Assembly: GCA_016342585.1 (NCBI GenBank)
Contig: JAEINK010000007.1
Coordinates: forward strand, 40,042-104,041
DNA from: Spirochaetales bacterium
Lineage (GTDB): Bacteria > Spirochaetota > Spirochaetia > UBA9216
Direction: 5' to 3'
Length of the DNA: 64,000 bases
Shown here in pieces: positions 58,601-64,000 of the stretch. How positions within the stretch are numbered: the first letter of the stretch is position 1; each line of letters begins with the position of its first letter. The notes below the pieces were generated by a model. It saw nothing but the letters and a program-made list of their open reading frames with translations, ran no database searches and was not told where the DNA came from. The position numbers were made by a program, and so were the translations under genes.

Positions 58601-61600
58601 ATCTGTATCAAAATTAAACCCTACCTCTTCAGCAGCCGCCAGAGTTGTTCCATTTACATCGGTAACCATAATCTGGATTGACTTGTTGCCGTCGCTAACT
58701 CCGTTTACCGTAAATGAGAAGCTGCGGTCAGTTATTGCTCCGGTTACATTAAAGTCGGTCCAGAGTCCCCAACTTGTTCCATTATAATATCGATATTGAG
58801 CCGATCCGGAATCTCCACTGATACCATCATCATCGGTTATGGTACCAATTACTGTCGTATTGGTGCTTGATATATTCTGATTTTGTGTCGGTGCCGTAAT
58901 CGTTACATCAGGAATATCACTGCTTTGATCGATTGAAATTGTAAAAGTCTCATTCCCTTCATTTCCATTACGATCTGTAACCTGAATTGCCACATCCAGA
59001 TCACTGGAATCGGTGAAATCAGTTGTCGTAATAGGGCCAATTGTAAAACTGTCACTAATCGGCAGTATTACCCAGCCATTGGTGGCTATCTGATATTGAA
59101 CATTACTGATATTGGCTACGAGTTGATCTTCTAGAATGGTCCCTGACAGTGTCATAACACCATTTCCTGTGGCTGTTTTCGCACCCCCGTCAAAATTTAT
59201 CGATGGTATTGTGCCGGAAAACCCTATAACAGGAGCTTGTTTATCGTAGTTAATCGTTTGAGTCGTTTGACTGGTGTTACCAGCCTGATCTGTAAATTGA
59301 AAACGGTAGAAATAGGTCCCTTCCGCCTGAGAGCCGACAGTACGGTTCCAGGTCCAGGTATGAGCATCATTATCGAATGCAGCTGTAGCAGGATCCGCCG
59401 GACTGAAGTTTGTATTATCTGAACTTGTTTCCACTGCAATGGCAGAAATACCACTACCATCGGTAAACGTTCCTCCAATTGTGAAGTTACCATTTTCATA
59501 CTGAGTACCAGATCCGCCCGTAACTGAGATAACGGGGGCAGCCTGGTCAAAGCCGAAATTATGAGTGGTTATAGCAGAATCATTACCTGCTCTATCAATA
59601 GAATAGAGATGCAGGGTTCGCTCTCCCTCGGCAGCAATAACAACACTGGCCCTCCAGTTACCATCACCATCAACACTGGCTGCTAACCAGGCAGCATTAC
59701 CCTTCGCCGGAGCGACACCACCGCGAAGAGTCTCGGTAAAATAAACGGTATTTATACCCGAGTTCCCATCGGCAGCAGTACCGCTGAAGATATAGGTACC
59801 ACTGTTGAGCCAGGTATCGGCTGTTGGTGTTGTCACCAGGGGTAATTCCGGAGGAGTACTGTCGATGATAACAGTACGCGTTAGGATAGTTTGTTTTGCT
59901 GAAGCATCAGTTGCGGTTATAGTGTAGAGATAATTTCCATCTGCTACCCCGCCCTGAGGCATATCCGGGAGTGTCCAAGTGGCTGATAATCCGGAAAGAT
60001 CCGTATTTAAGACTTCAACTGCGGCATCGGAATCTTTCTTTTCAGTTATGGTAATATTACTTAAGGCATTTGTATCGGACAGATTTCCATCCAACTGATA
60101 TATAGCTGATTTGAACACACTGTCATCAACCAGCGTTTCTTCGGTTAATACCGGAAAGTTACGGTCAACCATCAAATAAATCGGACCTGCAGTTCGAGTA
60201 TCTACAGCTACACCGTCTTTGGCTGATAATTCATCCGAAGCCCGTAAGTAGAACAATGTCGTACCTTCATCAATTACTGTGGGAAGACTCAAATTATGAT
60301 TTGTGCTGATGTTAACACCATCAACAAGAGCATCACCACCATTTCGATTGATAGATTCCCAGGAAGTGTTATCTCCAACAGAAATTTGAATTGTTGAAAC
60401 ATCTACCAGGTCATCATCTGTTATTACAAAACGCAAAACTGCATTGGATTCGATCAGGTTTTTATACGAATCTTCGGCCGTAACAGCCGTCGTATCGATA
60501 CCTGTAAAACTGATAACCGGTAGATCCGAATCCTGATCGACATCAAGATCTTGTGTAATAACCCGGATGTTTCCGGCGCGGTCATAGGTTCTTAACCATA
60601 ATTTATAGTCGACCCCAAGGCCTTGATCCGTTGTTAAATCAACATCATATGTATCAGCATTCACTGCAAAGTTGCTTGTAGTCGCTGTTGTATCAATAGC
60701 AAAAACCGGTGATGTTTTGGAACCGGTTATCGTTGTATAGTTACCATCGACAGGAGTCTCTGCAGCCGGCAACAATGCCCACTGAACATAATCCAGCGCA
60801 ATACCATCAGCAATGGCAGCTCGAATTGTAATTTTTCCATTAACTGTATGGGTATCGATAACCGGTGTTAACGAAGTGATTTCTGCTTCAGGATCTACAG
60901 TATCAATCACGATATTTCGGATTATACTAGTCGTCTTCCCTACCTCATCAAAGGCTGTAATTGTGACTTCATAGGTCCCGTCATCCAGAGCGGTTTCGAG
61001 AGTTGTACTCCATGTTGGATTACCAGTTGTATCATTTAACAGTACGTTTGGAGAACCTGTATCGTTTTTAATATAAGATACAACCACGCTGGCAATTCCA
61101 TTAGCATCTGAGACATCTCCACCGAAATCAATATCAGTGTTTTTGTATACCGTTGACGATCCACTAATGAGAGAATCATTCTCTGTTATAACCGGAGGAG
61201 CCTGATCAATATCAAACTCAACGGTTACCGCTGAACCAAAGTCCGTCCGGTTTCCAGAGGCATCTTCCGCCAGCACATGAATATACCATGTTCCTTCAGC
61301 TCGTCCTGAATCATCAGTACCGCTGCCATCTGTATCAAAATCATCTGTAAAACTCCAGTTACCCGAAGTCGCTAATTCTGTATAATTTCCTAAAGTAGAG
61401 GAGGCCAGGGCGGTCTGATCTATAAGATAATAGATTTTTTCCATTCCCACACCGACATCACCACTGGTTCCACGGAAAGTAAAGGCATCTCCTGAAAGGG
61501 CATTTAAACCAGTCTGTCCCGCACCGGGACTGCTTACTTCAAGTGTATCGGGAGCCGTTTGATCCAGGCGGACTGTAGACACTGTTTCAATGCTGTTTTT

Positions 61601-64000
61601 ATTTGCATTATCGGTAGTAATAATTGTATATACATATTCACCGTCCGCACCGGCTGATAAATCCTGCACACCAATATTGTCGGGATCTCGTGGAAGATTT
61701 GTGAGAGTCCACGAATCTGTTCCTGTTGGACCATTCGTTAAAACCGGAATATCCAATCCGCCGTCTTTGCGCTGAGAAATAGCCACAGAAGCGATTCCAA
61801 AATTATCTGAGGCTGTCCCTGTAATTGAAAAACCAGCCTTAACATCACGGTTAGTTGCGCTGGTGAGAACTGTTACGGGAATTGCCGTATCATAGATAAA
61901 TGCTTCCATATGATTATCATTATGTTCTGCATTTTCCCATAAGCTGAAATTTCCCGCTTTATCTTCCACTTGGACATAAATATTTTTTAAACCCTCGGAT
62001 CCCAGAGCAGCAGCAAGATCGACTGTTGCTGACCATGTCGTTTTACCGGCAGCAAGCTGAGCGCCTGTTCCATCCGGAGCAAAAGAAATTCGAACTGCTT
62101 CGACACCGCTACCCCCTGTATCGGCAGCATTTCCTTCAAAAAGGAAACTGGCTCCATCATTAACATCAGCAGCAGGAACGGACGTTATAGTTGCCGTCGG
62201 AGGTGTTGAATCCATCTCCACTTCCCGGATGACAGAAAAGGGTCGGTTGGCAAGATCTGTAGCCGTAATGGTAAAAATCCAGACTCCATCATTTCCTGGT
62301 CCCAGTGTATAGGGTCCCCAATTTTCAAGATCAGTAACTTCGTTATAGACTTCACCCTGATCAACACTGTCTTTGACAGCTGTAATTACAACAGATTTAA
62401 GACCAAGAGTATCGGAGGCTGTACCCGACATACTTAAAATATTATTCTCAAGGACTCTGGCTGTAGTGTTTAGAGTTTCTTCCTCAATTTCCGGCAGAGA
62501 GTAGTCGGCATCAATGCCAGTTAATATTGTTTCAGCAGATAAATTTCCAAGAACATCATAAGCTCTGAAAGAGATTGTCTCATCGATTGCCTGTGTCAAA
62601 GTAGAAAATGTACTGGAAAATGTAGATGAACTGATTGAACCAGCATCGCTGAAAGAGGTCCAGGAGCCTGAACCGATTCTGTATTGAACATCGGCCAGAC
62701 CACTATCTGTTCCGCTACCACCATTATCACTCCAGGACCCACTAGCAACAAAGGAAAGATTTGTTATAAGCTGATCATCAACAATATTGGTAAGAGAAAA
62801 TGTTGGAGGCGTAGTATCATATTTAACAGTAAGAAACTCTATTGCTTCTTTATTATAAGTGTCAATTGCTTTTACCCTTATAACATGGTTCCCTTCTGCA
62901 CTTCCGTCTGACGGAATAGTCACATCGGCTGTCCAGTCAGGAGCTGTGTAGCTGACACCACTAGTTGAATAGGTCGCTCCTCCATCTGTACTTATCTGTA
63001 TAGAAGCAATTCCATTGGCATCTGTTGATGTCCCATTCAGAGTGAAAGCGCTGTTCTGCCAGGTATCATTGTAGGTATCTTTATTGGTTATGGACAATGT
63101 CGGATTCGAAAGATCCAGTCCGAATGAAATAGCCGGAAGAGTGGTTATCAGGTCGGAATTATCTTTTACTCGGAATTGGATTGAGTTTCCTGCTCCTTCG
63201 GAAAGCCCTGATACAGCCTGGGACCAGCTGATAGTTCCTGTTGCAGTATCCCATCCATCTCCGTTAAGGTTGTATTCAACAAGTTTTATTCCCGCATCAT
63301 CAATAGCTGTTCCGCGAATTGTAAAACCTGAAGTTTCAACAAAATCCCCATCACTTAAATTCGTAACATCCAGAACCGGCGGAGTCGTATCATAGAAGAC
63401 ATTTCTTGTAATTATGCTGGTATTTCCGACAAGGTCGGTAACCGTTATTACATATGTATATGTTCCGTCGGTGGTAGGCTGGGCATCTACATCCCATGCT
63501 CTTGAAACATCTCCCAATGAGCCTGCCAGGGTAAAACCAGGATCGATTCCGGCAGTACCGGAGTTCGCACCTGTTGCTTCGATTGTAACATTGGCAACAC
63601 CGAGATCATCGCTTGCAGTACCTGCAATATTGAATAATACGGATTTGTAGAGAAGATCCGTCCAGTTAACAGTTGTTTCCGGTGAGGCAAAATCTGCATC
63701 TACATTGATGGTTACAACCTCACCAGTATTATCTTTTGCATCTGTTCCCCTGAAGTGAATATCCTGGTTTAAGCCCAGGTTAAAGACCACATTACCATTC
63801 CAGTTTGTGGTTCCTGTTAGGGTTGTCCAGGTATCATTTGAATCATTTGCGTCATCGGAATAATCAAAACTGTATTCAACCGTTGATAGACCACTTCCTC
63901 CATTATCTGTTCCTGTTCCTCTAATATTGAAAGTTGCAGTGGGTATAATGAAATCGTCTACAATATTGGACGGTGTAACAACGGGACCGGAGGAATCATA
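52628..64000 (-). CDS. Giant cysteine-free extracellular protein built from tandem Ig-like modules; N-terminus lies beyond the window
   Basis: Stop TAG at 52630..52628. The tracked start 63790 is an internal GTG. I translated the 70 codons from 63791 to 64000 in the same frame and found no stop (YDSSGPVVTPSNIVDDF...TWTTLTGTTNWNGN), and they continue the same module pattern. Confidence 0.9.
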   Translation of the reverse strand, partial: YDSSGPVVTPSNIVDDFIIPTATFNIRGTGTDNGGSGLSTVEYSFDYSDDANDSNDTWTTLTGTTNWNGNVVFNLGLNQDIHFRGTDAKDNTGEVVTINVDADFASPETTVNWTDLLYKSVLFNIAGTASDDLGVANVTIEATGANSGTAGIDPGFTLAGSLGDVSRAWDVDAQPTTDGTYTYVITVTDLVGNTSIITRNVFYDTTPPVLDVTNLSDGDFVETSGFTIRGTAIDDAGIKLVEYNLNGDGWDTATGTISWSQAVSGLSEGAGNSIQFRVKDNSDLITTLPAISFGLDLSNPTLSITNKDTYNDTWQNSAFTLNGTSTDANGIASIQISTDGGATYSTSGVSYTAPDWTADVTIPSDGSAEGNHVIRVKAIDTYNKEAIEFLTVKYDTTPPTFSLTNIVDDQLITNLSFVASGSWSDNGGSGTDSGLADVQYRIGSGSWTSFSDAGSISSSTFSSTFSTLTQAIDETISFRAYDVLGNLSAETILTGIDADYSLPEIEEETLNTTARVLENNILSMSGTASDTLGLKSVVITAVKDSVDQGEVYNEVTDLENWGPYTLGPGNDGVWIFTITATDLANRPFSVIREVEMDSTPPTATITSVPAADVNDGASFLFEGNAADTGGSGVEAVRISFAPDGTGAQLAAGKTTWSATVDLAAALGSEGLKNIYVQVEDKAGNFSLWENAEHNDNHMEAFIYDTAIPVTVLTSATNRDVKAGFSITGTASDNFGIASVAISQRKDGGLDIPVLTNGPTGTDSWTLTNLPRDPDNIGVQDLSAGADGEYVYTIITTDNANKNSIETVSTVRLDQTAPDTLEVSSPGAGQTGLNALSGDAFTFRGTSGDVGVGMEKIYYLIDQTALASSTLGNYTELATSGNWSFTDDFDTDGSGTDDSGRAEGTWYIHVLAEDASGNRTDFGSAVTVEFDIDQAPPVITENDSLISGSSTVYKNTDIDFGGDVSDANGIASVVVSYIKNDTGSPNVLLNDTTGNPTWSTTLETALDDGTYEVTITAFDEVGKTTSIIRNIVIDTVDPEAEITSLTPVIDTHTVNGKITIRAAIADGIALDYVQWALLPAAETPVDGNYTTITGSKTSPVFAIDTTATTSNFAVNADTYDVDLTTDQGLGVDYKLWLRTYDRAGNIRVITQDLDVDQDSDLPVISFTGIDTTAVTAEDSYKNLIESNAVLRFVITDDDLVDVSTIQISVGDNTSWESINRNGGDALVDGVNISTNHNLSLPTVIDEGTTLFYLRASDELSAKDGVAVDTRTAGPIYLMVDRNFPVLTEETLVDDSVFKSAIYQLDGNLSDTNALSNITITEKKDSDAAVEVLNTDLSGLSATWTLPDMPQGGVADGNYLYTITATDASAKQTILTRTVIIDSTPPELPLVTTPTADTWLNSGTYIFSGTAADGNSGINTVYFTETLRGGVAPAKGNAAWLAASVDGDGNWRASVVIAAEGERTLHLYSIDRAGNDSAITTHNFGFDQAAPVISVTGGSGTQYENGNFTIGGTFTDGSGISAIAVETSSDNTNFSPADPATAAFDNDAHTWTWNRTVGSQAEGTYFYRFQFTDQAGNTSQTTQTINYDKQAPVIGFSGTIPSINFDGGAKTATGNGVMTLSGTILEDQLVANISNVQYQIATNGWVILPISDSFTIGPITTTDFTDSSDLDVAIQVTDRNGNEGNETFTISIDQSSDIPDVTITAPTQNQNISSTNTTVIGTITDDDGISGDSGSAQYRYYNGTSWGLWTDFNVTGAITDRSFSFTVNGVSDGNKSIQIMVTDVNGTTLAAAEEVGFNFDTDEPDFIGLSPAAGSYQTADFSITGTVQDDTLVKSLQYRVERNGSQIIAPTTIFDFNGTASKTFSQNIDTSFGTGEYEIFLTASDGTFTRNSSVSIYVDKTLPEASFDPETSADTQNNIITISGETSDNYRVQSITFKIVDVNNGNAEMDLPTGSLIGTDYWEITDFDTRNTSLLSYANDLGSGLYEFTLRAIVTDDAGNIWNSGVDYGSGVHDLIFQADQTLDNPEITINNIDTDGSSTITTTTITGNVIDDDGISTILVDTWDKDNSTAAPSRSETVVLTSGSYGQTDIDWRVVLNNNGNGVRSIRVRTIDTDDNNGQDYSATDYSRTDTGKIDFKLDTEIPEVSYSTPADNITWSANNSFTFTGTSDDETSITSLKYKIDNNDFSTGATTISGDTANWSFTIDQSSLGDGSHTIYVLATDSVNNTNLTAKQINIDKTAPTISVTTPVNNATVFGPLTIGGTTIDNTGGAGVESVKIGLGRQIDPTSPATLEASTWVEVAGTTSWSHTFTNINNYANESSSVNQGDTDGDGVEDAGETWGDIWDFTFYVRTIDSAGEGVAGNISYLTSYTLQIDPKKDRPEVSVLSPEDGNTVGGFVRVFGTATDGQYIEKVQIAIDISNDGTYDTWDEGTLDEIDDMGTPVNTSDDVYWYLVNGTDSWNISLNENNEFNPSGVGETQDVGFKVRAKDYKVTPGDGVYSDYSEDTKQVITFNKAFPQFDGMNLESGATVGDTVILTGIVHDESNIARIIYSNEGPLLDNTIIFNLNDWDTKDSGAANYLNLNQTTNQEVGKIETDTGSGLYMTVDFLGEEDTYFDYLEDENGDPITNPGRELFPGYYYRVNIPIDTEATGLYPNGAGSMSVRLTAEDTTSGTPYTNQYPLSFDVDNKVPTELTYTGDTEIMGTSASIKGTVKDEGFISGIDRIVVYLTNINGEIIPLQDDDEDSGNTYPSPIAGFSEADVLDEGNTVYTAYRMVIDNTLEDGNDNGSAGDDDGIPEYLSLSSGTYNWEGQIDSSLIDDGSVTIHYIAQDDAGNYYDSDAGTAGSQPATLSAFIANNKPEISSLTIGTNLNGDVDGSLDPIIGESEKSDFSSYGTIGYTAVNDALLIKANTIADTGNGTLRYSIKRITGGTGTELDPYVYSATEFNSSTNLLNPEVVIDTSNATNFPDGDSNYTFGIQVFDSTNAASDNPDENLSQTVIITVTIDNEDEIDPVIYSAPLGQQYSAHTGEWDHTAAPGGNGEPPAVEDYEDNIAMSGDATPLRLGHVEYATQTQYDNGIQNPGDSGNDTTDDDADISGTIIFRGRVEDNQQIGRIQATIPGYNGGTAFDIYTQAGGALADPGADWAFAIDTDTYYISQDNGEGFNWSFQWNSARLADVVADNVNITFTVSDKASTPRTAADSIIVDVVPYITDVQTVFENGTLQYLKRSARGTYSIGTSDINTDLIRITGFNLDPDGTGTNEVYVGTETLTIDDWDTTDFLWVDTRKDSTVSGVLSIITNGTRSINSTNNDALDQNQEPSDFAPHLTDDRYLAFWDTDTTAYTSKTEAVMVPNSGRTDMSWMYVENGQRVYLNGTQLTNSWSIKGGNFAYNDDGTPMWIYLHNMNWSSGQTAWQYYGSVQWGKDQAYEAAAYNWQNTSTDRLGLGNLSFINDNNYSSYSEVVMNRYINLQMEVDGGDTGTTNYVAYFDQASESRSIVFWSFQTGTGVTNTTRLARDGTNTRWWSDLEKFSDDTNDYGSTGYDVGIRTPNAGIARTEVTTGGADSQYFDMAWDDVNGNAYIAYYDEQNGELKLAYNTDPGNSPGAWTTRTTAIDTGAGQYVAMDVDPAGGIHLSYFDGTNSNLKYAYLSSYDVADAEISVSTVDALFTNGMYNDIVIKDFDDTAGTDYRPTISSYSLSYGGTKYSLRVAYPVAAKGTYVDTNTPEEWAYENGADPSSGNYTGNWEVLTVISTTAPGQNPSFIETDSTTALAGQIIVGYNGSTIEEAILLDETP
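54401..64000 (-). repeat. Protein-level tandem array of about 90-110-aa Ig-like modules inside the giant gene
   Basis: At least about 24 boundary motifs of the type [YFIVLM]-D-x-[TSQK]-x-P (YDTTPPVLDV, YDTTPPTFSL, MDSTPPTATIT, LDQTAPDTLEV, IDSTPPELPLV, FDQAAPVISVT, YDKQAPVIGFS, IDKTAPTISVT and others). Each is followed by G-T-[AS]-x-D..G[IV] and a conserved W. I saw no long nucleotide-level repeats. Confidence 0.75.

Noticed and set aside
53026-63650. Many plus-strand and alternate-frame ORFs of 60-131 aa inside the giant gene, such as 53026..53421, 54908..55237, 63084..63395 and 63414..63650.
   Set aside because: They are all antisense to, or out of frame with, one uninterrupted 11.4-kb frame that has a coherent module structure. 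They have no RBS and low-complexity translations, so I treat them as shadow ORFs.
1-64000. Window-wide look for CRISPR arrays, tRNA or rRNA genes, IS elements, integrases and long direct or inverted DNA repeats.
   Set aside because: I recognised none by eye. The only repeat structure is at the protein level in the giant gene. A proper scan with tRNAscan-SE, Infernal, a CRISPR finder and self-dotplots would be needed to be definitive.

Overview
Chromosomal window of about 57 protein-coding genes, mostly housekeeping and signalling genes. I found no rRNA, tRNA, CRISPR array, transposase, integrase or phage genes by eye. The gene content includes a Bmp lipoprotein, many short-lipobox lipoproteins, an MCP, c-di-GMP enzymes and a sigma-54/psp module. 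This looks like a free-living spirochaete, but that is a low-confidence inference. Recognisable units are: (i) a nucleoside-salvage pair (Bmp binding protein plus purine nucleoside phosphorylase); (ii) a LacI-family regulator divergent from galT-galK-galE, with a perfect 18-bp palindromic operator between them; (iii) pspF divergent from pspA-pspC-dus, with a textbook sigma-54 promoter; (iv) a metalloprotease-lipoprotein/patatin operon next to a degenerate-GGDEF/EAL protein; (v) a REC-X-REC regulator plus a hybrid histidine kinase; (vi) thrH-plsC; (vii) htpG; (viii) two orphan LivK-type binding proteins translationally coupled to a Cache-HAMP-PAS histidine kinase, with no ABC transporter or response regulator nearby; (ix) an Ada/AlkA fusion plus ogt. 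The most unusual object is a cysteine-free giant minus-strand gene at 52628..64000. It encodes more than 3,790 codons and is still open at the window edge. It consists of at least two dozen divergent Ig-like modules and ends in a different, possibly propeller-like, C-terminal module. A second oddity is the 20.73-21.4 kb locus, which has three Shine-Dalgarno-preceded orphan ORFs (23, 105 and 9 codons) interleaved with hairpins and terminators. All functional calls come from motif and family recognition by eye; no database search was run.
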